Origin: Hyalangium minutum
Lineage (GTDB): Bacteria > Myxococcota > Myxococcia > Myxococcales > Myxococcaceae
Direction of reading: 5' to 3'
Length of the DNA: 64,000 bases
NCBI RefSeq assembly: GCF_000737315.1
Contig: NZ_JMCB01000028.1
Location: 62,001-126,000, forward strand
In this document: positions 9,804 to 17,820 of the stretch, in pieces
Position numbering within the stretch: position 1 is the stretch's first letter
Layout of the letters: every line of letters starts with the position of its first letter
The notes under the pieces: generated by a model
Seen by the model: the letters and a program-made list of their open reading frames with translations, nothing else
Told to the model about the DNA's origin: nothing
Databases searched by the model: none
Program-made: the position numbers and the translations under genes

Positions 9804-10217
9804 ATGCGCCTCTCATTGCCAATCCTTCTGGGCAGTGCCCTCGTGGCCTGTGTCCATGCGCCCCGGAGCGCCTACGTCCCGCCCGAAGAGGCCGCCTGGT
9901 TCAAGTTCCCCGAGGAACTCCCAGCCACGGGACAGAAGACCCTCTCTGGCACCCTGGCAGCAGCCATCCAACTGGCCATGGATGACTTCCTGCCCAGAGG
10001 CAGGGAGCCCGGCCGCGGCGCGAGCGCGCAGGACATCTGTCTGGCACAGCGGCAGTCCTATGACATCTCAGCGTTCCCGGGACGTGGCGAGCTTGTCTGG
10101 GTGATCATCTCACCGGCCACCGGTGCATGCACCTGGGGGCCCACGTTCCTGGACGGAGGAGCGGCGTACGCGGTCGACACAGTTCGCTGGCGCATCCTGG
10201 CGGCGCGCGCCCCGTGA
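9804..10217 (+). CDS. Small myxobacterial lipoprotein (paralogue of the next gene)
   Basis: GGAGG RBS before ATG 9804; LVAC lipobox; AAIQLAMDDFLP motif. Confidence 0.7.
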   Translation: MRLSLPILLGSALVACVHAPRSAYVPPEEAAWFKFPEELPATGQKTLSGTLAAAIQLAMDDFLPRGREPGRGASAQDICLAQRQSYDISAFPGRGELVWVIISPATGACTWGPTFLDGGAAYAVDTVRWRILAARAP

Positions 10218-10237
10218 GCCGGTTCAAACAAACCCAC

Positions 10238-10774
10238 ATGAGAGACTTCGTCCTTTCTTTCCTGCTCTGCGGTGCACTCTGCTCTTGTAGCCCCTCGCTG
10301 CGGCAGATCCCGCATGCTTCCGCGGCGGAAGCGGAAGCGGTGGAATTTCCGGGCCTCGCACTTCCGTCCGAGGGGCTCCAGCGCCTCGATGGGAACATGG
10401 CCGCCTCGATTCAGCTCGCCATGGATGAATTCTTGCCGTGGGACGCGCCCCCCAGCAGCTCGCCCATTGCCGAGGAGCAGTGCCTGCATCGCCGTGAGTC
10501 CTACAACGTGACCGCTGCGCCGACCACCGAGGGCATCATGTTGGTGCGCTTCGACCTGAACACCGAGGCCTGCCAGTCATCGGATCAGCTCGTCAACGTC
10601 ACCACCTATGCGATCGACATCCGGACGATGCGCATCCTCTCTCGCGCGATGCGTACGCGGCCCAACCCGGCACGCCTCCAGCCACTGCAGCCCCTTCCTG
10701 ACGTGGCCTCTCCTCCAGAGCAAGCCCTGCCCCCGACGAGTGGCGCGGAAGGGACACCCCGGCCAGCTCCTTGA
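10238..10774 (+). CDS. Small myxobacterial lipoprotein (paralogue of the previous gene)
   Basis: LCSC lipobox; ASIQLAMDEFLP motif; alternative GTG start at 10214 overlaps the upstream stop (GTGA). Confidence 0.7.
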   Translation: MRDFVLSFLLCGALCSCSPSLRQIPHASAAEAEAVEFPGLALPSEGLQRLDGNMAASIQLAMDEFLPWDAPPSSSPIAEEQCLHRRESYNVTAAPTTEGIMLVRFDLNTEACQSSDQLVNVTTYAIDIRTMRILSRAMRTRPNPARLQPLQPLPDVASPPEQALPPTSGAEGTPRPAP

Positions 10775-10808
10775 AGCTGTCCTGTCCCTCCGGAAACGCT
10801 TCCTGGGC

Positions 10809-11366
10809 CTATTGCTGCGGTGGGTACTTCTGCAGCTTGCGCTGGAGGGAACGCCGGTGGAGCCCTAGCCGCCGAGCCGCCTCCGAAATGTTACCCGCGC
10901 AGTCGGCCAGCACCCGCTGGATGTGCTCCCACTCGGCGCGTGCCAGCGAAGGCGCCTGGACGTCCTCACCCACCGCGGGGCTCGGCTCCCCCATCCCTCG
11001 GGCCAGGGCCACCAGCAGATCATCCACATCCGCGGGCTTCGGCACGTAGTTGAGCGCCCCGAGCCGCACCGCCTCCACCGCCGTGGCGATGCTGCCGTAG
11101 CCCGTGAGCACCAGGATGCGCGTGGAGGCATCCAGCGCCCGCAGCTCGCGGACCAGCTCCAGCCCGCCGCGCCCCGGCATCCGCAGGTCCACCACCGCCA
11201 GCTCCGGAGAGTCCTGCCGCGCGGCCACCAGCGCCTCGTCCACCGAGCCCGCCATCACCACTTCGTAGCCCCGCTCGCGGAAGGCGCGCCCCAGCCGCTC
11301 GCGGAACACCACGTCGTCGTCTACCAGCAGCAGGGAAGGGGCGTGGGAGACTTTCGAAGGCACCAT
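10809..11366 (-). CDS. regA: RegA/PrrA/ActR-family response regulator
   Basis: REC domain (VDDD, VVDLRMP) plus EWEHIQRVL..CAGNISEAARRLGLHRRSLQRKL Fis-like HTH. Confidence 0.92.
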   Translation of the reverse strand: MVPSKVSHAPSLLLVDDDVVFRERLGRAFRERGYEVVMAGSVDEALVAARQDSPELAVVDLRMPGRGGLELVRELRALDASTRILVLTGYGSIATAVEAVRLGALNYVPKPADVDDLLVALARGMGEPSPAVGEDVQAPSLARAEWEHIQRVLADCAGNISEAARRLGLHRRSLQRKLQKYPPQQ

Positions 11367-11379
11367 GGAGGGCCCGGGC

Positions 11380-12699
11380 TCAAGCAACCGGAGACCGGAG
11401 GCTCGCCCCACCCGCCTCCGAGGACAACCGGGCAAATTGTCGCAGGCGCTCGGCCGGCCACGTCAGCTCCACCCGCGTCCCATTCCCCGGTGCCGATCGC
11501 ACCTCCAGCTGCCCTCCGAGCTGGTCCAGCACCGCGCGTGCCAGGAACAGCCCCAGCCCCATGCCCTCCCCGGGCGGCTTCGTGGTGAAGAAGGGCTCTC
11601 CCGCGCGTGCCAGCACCTCCGCCGGCATGCCCACGCCCTCGTCCTCCACCGACAGCCGCCAGCCCGCTTCATCGCGCCTCAGTCCCAGCCGCACTGGCGC
11701 CGTCTCCGCCGAGGCCTGGAGCGCGTTCTTCACCACGCCTCGAATCGCATGCGTCAGGGCCCGCGCGGGCAGGGACACCGGCTCCTCCCGGCAGCGCCCA
11801 TCCGCCTCCACCTTCACGCGCTCCCGGCCCCGCAGCCCCTCGAGCGCCTGCTCCACCAGGGCCGCGGGCGCCACCGAGACGAAGGCCTCACCCCGGCTGG
11901 CCCCCGCATCGGCCGCCATCTGCGCGAGGATGTCGCGGCACCGGCCCACCTGCTGGCGAATGAGCTCCGCGTCCTCCCGGCCCTCGGGAGAGAGCTCCGC
12001 CCGCCGCGCCAGCTCCTTGGCCACCACCGCGATGGTCGACAGCGGCGTGGACAGCTCGTGCGCCGCGCCCGCCGCCAGTGTGGCCAGCGCCGCCAGCTTC
12101 TCGTTCCGAGCCGTCACCGCGCGCGCGGCCACCAGCTCGGCCTCGCGCTCGGCCAGCGCCCGCGTCACCCGCTGCACGAAGTAGACGATGAAGCCCGAGG
12201 CCAGCCCGAACGCCACCCACATCCCTTCCAGGTGCAGCGGCACATCATCGATGTGGTGATGCCCGCTCCCAGCCTGTCGGCCGGGGATCCACAGGTGCCG
12301 GACGAACAACGCCCCGAAGCACCCCAGCGCCAGCGCCGTCAGTGCCCACGTCCACCGCGCGTGCAGCACCACCGCCGCCAGCGCGATGTGCACCAGGTAC
12401 AACGTGCTGAACGGGTTGAACGGACCGCCGCTCAAGTCCAGCAGCACCGTGAGCAGCACCACATCCAGCGCCATCACCGCACAGAGCATCCACTCCTGGA
12501 TGTCCCTCTGCCGGCGGGCCCACAGCCCCAGCGCCATGTTGCTCGCCGCCGCCACGCCCACGGTGGCGAACAGCGGCACCAGCGGCAGCGGCATGCCCAG
12601 CCCCAGGTGCGCCAGCAGCACCAGCGCCCCCTGCCCGACCACCTGCCCCCACCGCAGCCTCAGCAGCCACGAGAGGTTGATGGCGTGGGCGTCGCGCAC
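11380..12699 (-). CDS. regB: RegB/PrrB/ActS-family sensor histidine kinase
   Basis: Six TM segments, GGPFNPF quinone-binding motif, AHELSTPL H-box, RCRDIL redox Cys, HATPase. Confidence 0.92.
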   Translation of the reverse strand: MRDAHAINLSWLLRLRWGQVVGQGALVLLAHLGLGMPLPLVPLFATVGVAAASNMALGLWARRQRDIQEWMLCAVMALDVVLLTVLLDLSGGPFNPFSTLYLVHIALAAVVLHARWTWALTALALGCFGALFVRHLWIPGRQAGSGHHHIDDVPLHLEGMWVAFGLASGFIVYFVQRVTRALAEREAELVAARAVTARNEKLAALATLAAGAAHELSTPLSTIAVVAKELARRAELSPEGREDAELIRQQVGRCRDILAQMAADAGASRGEAFVSVAPAALVEQALEGLRGRERVKVEADGRCREEPVSLPARALTHAIRGVVKNALQASAETAPVRLGLRRDEAGWRLSVEDEGVGMPAEVLARAGEPFFTTKPPGEGMGLGLFLARAVLDQLGGQLEVRSAPGNGTRVELTWPAERLRQFARLSSEAGGASLRSPVA

Positions 12700-12701
12700 C
12701 T

Positions 12702-13445
12702 TCAGTCCCCCCCGCCGAACGACATCTGGAACTGGCGGAACAGGTAGAAGCCCAGCACCAGCAGCGTGATGAAGAGGAGCACCGCCGCCACCACCTGCGC
12801 CTTGTTCGACCCGGCGGGCGGGGGCGCCGCCTTGAAGGCCACGGGCGAGGCGGAGGCCACTCGCACCACCTCGTCCCGCCCCCGCTGCGCGTAGAGATCA
12901 TCCGGCGCCTGCGCCAGCCGGAGACGGTACAGGCGGCCCGCCGCGGCCAGCTCGCCCCGCCCCAGCGCCAGCGACACCAGCCGGTCATGCGCGTCGCGAT
13001 CGTCCCACCGCTCCAGCACCGACAGCCACGCGGCCCGCAGCTCCTCGGACGGCCGCTGCTCGTTGGGATCGAAGTTCGAGTACACCAGCCCGCACGCGGC
13101 GCACGACTCCGCGCCCTCCTTGCGCACCGCGATGCACTTGGGACAGAAGCCCGGAGGCACCGCGAACGGATCCTCCGAGCGCGCCAGCGCCGCCGCCTCG
13201 CGCACCCGCTCCTCCGAGGGCCGCAGCGCCACCACCTTCAGCGCCGGCGCGGTGTTGCTCCGAGGCGCGGGGACCGCGGCAGGGGACTCGGCGTTCGTCT
13301 CCGCCACGGCCGCCACCAGCGCCTCCTCGGGGCGCGCACGCGTCTCCTGGCCACAGCGCGCGCAGGTGATCACCAGCACGTTCAGCTCCACCCGGAAGGC
13401 CGCCGGGGGCGCGAGCCGCTCGCACGCATCGCAGAGGTACCTCAT
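12702..13445 (-). CDS. Hypothetical protein with two CxxC pairs/zinc ribbons and C-terminal TM helix
   Basis: MRYLCDACE...CARCG, CPKC...CAACG, C-terminal hydrophobic helix; start overlaps upstream stop (ATGA). Confidence 0.75.
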   Translation of the reverse strand: MRYLCDACERLAPPAAFRVELNVLVITCARCGQETRARPEEALVAAVAETNAESPAAVPAPRSNTAPALKVVALRPSEERVREAAALARSEDPFAVPPGFCPKCIAVRKEGAESCAACGLVYSNFDPNEQRPSEELRAAWLSVLERWDDRDAHDRLVSLALGRGELAAAGRLYRLRLAQAPDDLYAQRGRDEVVRVASASPVAFKAAPPPAGSNKAQVVAAVLLFITLLVLGFYLFRQFQMSFGGGD

Positions 13446-14425
13446 GAGAACACCTGCCGCAGAGGAACGGGCATGGCACAGCCGATCAGCGCCACGAAGC
13501 ACAGAGCGCAGATCCACTTGCGTCCCCGGCTCAGGGGCGCCTGCGGCTCCACCACCTCGGGGTGCCCAAAGCCCACCAGCTTGCTCGCCACCAGCAGCCA
13601 CACCGCCCAGAAGGCGGAGATGAACACCACCACGAAGAGCAGCACCAGCGCGAAGGCCTTGCCCACCCACTGCGCGCGCGGCCCGAACAGCGCGAACGTC
13701 AGGTGGCCCCCGTCCAGCTGACCGATGGGCATCAGGTTGAGCAGGGTGACGAGCAGCCCGAACCACCCGGCGATCACCACCGGGTGCACCAGCACGTCCT
13801 TGCCCTCCGGCAGCGGGCCCACCGCCAGCCACGTCAGCCCCTGCATCAACAGGCTGTCGCCAAAGATGATGTGCGCCTGCTTGACGGGCTCCAGCTCCGC
13901 CGCGGGCGCCGCGTGCGTGAGCGTCTCCATGGCCCACGCGAAGAGCTTCTGGAGCAGCACCCACAAGGAGCCCTCGCCCGGAAAGGAGGTGCTCGCCAGG
14001 GACGGCGAGTCCACCACCTGTGAGTGGCCCAGCCCCCAGAAGAGCAGCGGCAGCGCGACGGCCAGCCCCGCCAGAGGCCCCGCCGCCCCGATGTCCACCA
14101 GCGCGTTGCGGTGGGGAATCCGCCCGCGGATCCGAATCACCGCCCCCAGCGTCCCCGCGCCCACGATGGGCATGGGGATGAAGTAGGGCAGGCTCGTGTC
14201 CACCTTATGGATCCGCGCCAGCACGTAGTGGCCCATCTCGTGCGAGCCCAGAATGGCCATCAGCGCCAGACTGAACGCCAGCGAGCCCGAGTTCCACCAC
14301 CCCAGGTCTCCCTCGCCTGCGGACAGTTGGCCCATCGCGCTGAAGTAGGTGGTGACCACCGTCAGCGCGAAGAGCAGCAGGTGCAGCCAGAGCCGCGAGG
14401 CGGGACGGACCGTGACAGTCTCCAT
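13442..14425 (-). CDS. Site-2 protease (M50 family) membrane metalloprotease
   Basis: SHEMGH (HExxH), AAGPLAG, NLMPIGQLDGGH, multiple TMs. Confidence 0.92.
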   Translation of the reverse strand: METVTVRPASRLWLHLLLFALTVVTTYFSAMGQLSAGEGDLGWWNSGSLAFSLALMAILGSHEMGHYVLARIHKVDTSLPYFIPMPIVGAGTLGAVIRIRGRIPHRNALVDIGAAGPLAGLAVALPLLFWGLGHSQVVDSPSLASTSFPGEGSLWVLLQKLFAWAMETLTHAAPAAELEPVKQAHIIFGDSLLMQGLTWLAVGPLPEGKDVLVHPVVIAGWFGLLVTLLNLMPIGQLDGGHLTFALFGPRAQWVGKAFALVLLFVVVFISAFWAVWLLVASKLVGFGHPEVVEPQAPLSRGRKWICALCFVALIGCAMPVPLRQVFS

Positions 14426-14516
14426 GAGGTGCCTACACGGTGGGTACCAAGGGGCTCCTGCCTTTGCAACGCGCGCACCGGACCCGGGAAAAAGGGGAAT
14501 CTGTTCTGAACTGATC

Positions 14517-14544
14517 TTGACTCTCTGCGAGCATCTGCTACGAA
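14517..14544 (+). promoter_or_regulatory. Putative sigma70-type promoter for the 14635 lipoprotein gene
   Basis: TTGACT-16 nt-TACGAA. Confidence 0.4.
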
Positions 14545-14634
14545 CGCGCCGCGCTTGAGGGGCAACCACTCAACAGTGGGCTCGCACTGTCGGTCCCACA
14601 GCTTCACAAGCCATCATTCCGGGAGGGAATACAC

Positions 14635-14985
14635 ATGAAGAAGGCCATTCTGTCCGCCGTTGCCGCGTCCAGCCTCGTCGCTTGCACCAGCGTCGAGAGC
14701 GCCGTTGTCTCGGGCGCCGAGATTGCCGCCAACGGTGGCGAGGCCGTTGCCGTGGTCCAGGCGAACGCCCTGGGCCTGACCGCCATCTTCCACATCGTCG
14801 ACCTGGTCCAGAGCGACCTCGACACCGTGGTGAACAAGCTCCTGGTGGCCGAGGCCAAGGCCATGGGCGCTTCCAAGCTGGACCTGAAGGGCGCCGGCAC
14901 GACCCCGCGTCACGGCCTGTACGCCCTGGCCGGCGGCATCATCGGCGTGACCCAGTCCTCCGCGGTGGGCGTCGCCGTCAAGTAA
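14635..14985 (+). CDS. Small lipoprotein, unknown function
   Basis: GGAGGG RBS, LVAC lipobox, strongly biased codon usage, own terminator. Confidence 0.8.
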   Translation: MKKAILSAVAASSLVACTSVESAVVSGAEIAANGGEAVAVVQANALGLTAIFHIVDLVQSDLDTVVNKLLVAEAKAMGASKLDLKGAGTTPRHGLYALAGGIIGVTQSSAVGVAVK

Positions 14986-15010
14986 GCCCGTTCGCAGCAA
15001 CGGACTGTTC

Positions 15011-15048
15011 AGAAGGCCCCCTGGCGACAGTGGGGCCTTCTTTCTTTT
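15011..15048 (+). terminator. Rho-independent terminator
   Basis: AGAAGGCCCC/GGGGCCTTCT stem followed by TTCTTTT. Confidence 0.8.
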
Positions 15049-15076
15049 CCACCTCCTGCTTCCCCGGCCCCTCCGC

Positions 15077-15856
15077 ATGCGCACCCGCCTCCTGCTCCTC
15101 ACCCTGGCCGTCCTCGCGGGCTGCAGCAAGCAGCAGGACTCCACCCACCTCGTGAACGAGGTGAAGCAGCGCCTCTCCGAGCGCGATGCCCGGCTGAGGA
15201 GCTACCGGCTGGAGGGGCGCATGAGCGAGGTGGGCGCCGAGCCGTTGTCCTTCCGCTTCGCCTACCGCGCGCCGCAAAAGATGCTGGGCTCGCTGGGCGC
15301 CCCCTTCTCGCGCACCTTCTCGTGGGACGGCGAGCGCCTCTTCGAGCAGAGCGACGCGGACAAGCGCTTCACCACCTTCAAGAACGAGCTGGCCCCCGAG
15401 CAGCGCGCCGGCTTCCTCACGGAGACGTTCGCGCCCTTCTCCCCCGAGGGCTTCCGCGCCCCGCTGCTGCCCGTGGAGCTGAGCGCGAAGCGGGCCTCGC
15501 ACCCGCGCGCTCCGGAGGCCGTGGAGGTGACGGGCAAGGTGGCGCAGTCACCCACGGAGAGCCTGCAGGTGACGTACACCCTGCGCTGGCCCACCCTGGA
15601 CTTCCTCGGCCGCCAGGCCCGCCTGCCCGACGGCACGGTGATCGAGACCCGCGTGGAGGAGGAGCACTGCGACGAGGCGCTCAAGCTCTGCGTCCCCCAG
15701 AAGCTCACACGCTGGGTGAAGGGGGAGAAGGCCGGCGAGACGACGCTCTCGAAGGTCGAACTCAACCCCGCCCTGCCCAACGACACGTTCACCCTCGCTG
15801 CCCCCGAGGGTTACGACGTGCAGACGAAGACACTGGTGAACTCCGAGCAGAAGTAG
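15077..15856 (+). CDS. Lipoprotein with LolA/outer-membrane lipoprotein carrier-like fold
   Basis: LAGC lipobox; YRAPQKM, WDGERL, and LNPALPNDTFTLAAPEG C-terminus typical of LolA-like proteins. Confidence 0.65.
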   Translation: MRTRLLLLTLAVLAGCSKQQDSTHLVNEVKQRLSERDARLRSYRLEGRMSEVGAEPLSFRFAYRAPQKMLGSLGAPFSRTFSWDGERLFEQSDADKRFTTFKNELAPEQRAGFLTETFAPFSPEGFRAPLLPVELSAKRASHPRAPEAVEVTGKVAQSPTESLQVTYTLRWPTLDFLGRQARLPDGTVIETRVEEEHCDEALKLCVPQKLTRWVKGEKAGETTLSKVELNPALPNDTFTLAAPEGYDVQTKTLVNSEQK

Positions 15857-15916
15857 CGCTCTGCCTTGCCTGCCGGGCCGCCCGTTCCCACCTTCCGTGG
15901 GCGGAGGTACGGCGGC

Positions 15917-16633
15917 ATGGTGCAGAACGTCATCTTTGACGTGGATGGGACGCTGGTGGACTCGGTGGATGAGCATGCCGAGGCCTGGCGCAGGGCGTTT
16001 CTCGAGTTCGGCAGGGATGTGCCCTTCGCGCACGTGCGCAGCCAGATTGGCAAGGGCGCGGATCAGCTGATCCCCGTCTTCTTCAACGACGAGGAGCTGG
16101 AGCGCTTCGGCAAGGAGCTGGACACGTACCGCTCCGAGCTGTTCCTCAAGGACTTCCTCCCGAAGATCCGCTCCTTCCCCAAGGTGCGCGAGCTCTTCCA
16201 GCGGCTGCGCAAGGAGGGCGTCAAGGTGGCCCTGGCCTCCAGCGCCAAGGCGGAGGAGCTGAAGCACTACGTGAAGATCTGCCGCATCGAGGGCCTCTAC
16301 GAGGAGGCCACCTCCAAGGACGATGCGGAGAAGAGCAAGCCGCACCCGGACATCTTCGAGGCGGCGATGAAGCGGCTCGGCAAGCCGGACGTGAACGCCA
16401 CCGTGGTGGTGGGCGACACGCCCTATGACGCGCTGGCCGCTGGCAAGATCCACCTGCCCACCGTGGGCGTGCTGTGCGGGGGCTTCCCCGCGGATGACCT
16501 GCGCGCGGCAGGCTGCCGGGTGCTGCTGAAGGATCCGGCGGAGCTGCTCGCCCGCCTCGAGGCTTCTCCCCGCAACTGGCCCTGGGGCCAGGAGGGGCTG
16601 CCCGCGGTGCCCGAGGACGAGGAGTCTCGCTGA
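15917..16633 (+). CDS. HAD-family hydrolase
   Basis: IFDVDGTLVDS, SKPHPDIF, VGDTPYD; GGAGG RBS. Confidence 0.92.
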   Translation: MVQNVIFDVDGTLVDSVDEHAEAWRRAFLEFGRDVPFAHVRSQIGKGADQLIPVFFNDEELERFGKELDTYRSELFLKDFLPKIRSFPKVRELFQRLRKEGVKVALASSAKAEELKHYVKICRIEGLYEEATSKDDAEKSKPHPDIFEAAMKRLGKPDVNATVVVGDTPYDALAAGKIHLPTVGVLCGGFPADDLRAAGCRVLLKDPAELLARLEASPRNWPWGQEGLPAVPEDEESR

Positions 16634-16709
16634 GAGAGGGCCCGGTAGGGAGGCATGCGGCCCTGCCTCCCCTGGGTCCCCTGTCCTCACTCGCCAAGCG
16701 TGCGCATCT

Positions 16710-17726
16710 TTGGCGCGGGAAGAGGAGGGAGCTTCACTGGAAACCGCTTTGATCGCGCCGCCGCGGCGCCGCGCCCTGGAAGAGGGGCCGGCCGTGCTGG
16801 TGGTGAACACCAAGTCTCGGACGGGCAAGGAGGCCTTCGAGGAGGCCCGGGCGGCGCTCACTGCTCGCGGTGTGCCGCTGCTCTCCACCCACGCGTTGTC
16901 CCAGCTCCGTCACCTGAAGAGGGTGCTGGATGAGGCGGTGTCCCAGGGCGCCCGGCGCATCCTGGTAGGCGGGGGCGATGGCACGGTGAGCTGTGCCGTG
17001 AGCCATCTGCTGGGCCGGGATGTGACGCTCGGGGTGGTGCCGCTCGGTACCGGCAACGACTTCGCGCGCTCGCTGGGCATTCCCGCCTCGGTGGAGGAGG
17101 CCTGCGACGTCATCGTCCAGGGCTATACGGCCCGGGTGGACGTGGGGCTGGCCAACGGGCGACCCTTCCTCAATGCGGCGAGCCTCGGGCTGGCCACGGC
17201 CATCGCCAAGCGGCTGACCCAGCGCCTCAAGCAGAAGATGGGCAAGCTTGCCTATCCCGTGGCTGCCGCCACGCAGCTGCTCGAGCACCAACCGTTCCAC
17301 GTGCGGCTCAAGACCGACGAGCAGGCGCTGGAGCTGGATGTGCTGCAGCTCGTGGTGGGCAACGGGCGCTACCACGGTGCGGGCAACATGGTGGCGCCGG
17401 ATGCGGCGCTCGATGATCGCCGCCTGCACGTGTACGCCATCACCGCGCCCTCGGCGGACTCGGGGCGCGAGGGCACCGGGCTGGGACAGCTCGCGGATGT
17501 GGCCACGCTGGCGCGTGTGGCGCTATCGCTGCGCAGCGGCCATCACGTGGATCACCCGGCGGTGACGTACCTGCGGACCTCGCGGCTCGAGGTGGATGCC
17601 GAGCCCGTCCAGGAGGTGAACGCGGACGGCGAGCTCATCGGCCATACACCGATGCGCTTCGAGGTCGTCCCCTCCGCACTCCGCGTGTACGCGCCCGCGC
17701 TCGTGCCGGAAACGCCGGCGCACTGA
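16710..17726 (+). CDS. YegS/DAGK-family lipid kinase
   Basis: VVNTKSR, GGGDGT, PLGTGNDFAR, NADGE; start codon uncertain. Confidence 0.9.
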   Translation: MAREEEGASLETALIAPPRRRALEEGPAVLVVNTKSRTGKEAFEEARAALTARGVPLLSTHALSQLRHLKRVLDEAVSQGARRILVGGGDGTVSCAVSHLLGRDVTLGVVPLGTGNDFARSLGIPASVEEACDVIVQGYTARVDVGLANGRPFLNAASLGLATAIAKRLTQRLKQKMGKLAYPVAAATQLLEHQPFHVRLKTDEQALELDVLQLVVGNGRYHGAGNMVAPDAALDDRRLHVYAITAPSADSGREGTGLGQLADVATLARVALSLRSGHHVDHPAVTYLRTSRLEVDAEPVQEVNADGELIGHTPMRFEVVPSALRVYAPALVPETPAH

Positions 17727-17820
17727 AAGGGCGCACTTCCATTTCGAGGTTCGGCCTTCTCGGCCTACGCTCTGGCTCCAACCGGTCCCCCACCGGCCGC
17801 AGCCTGGAGAGTGAAGCGCC

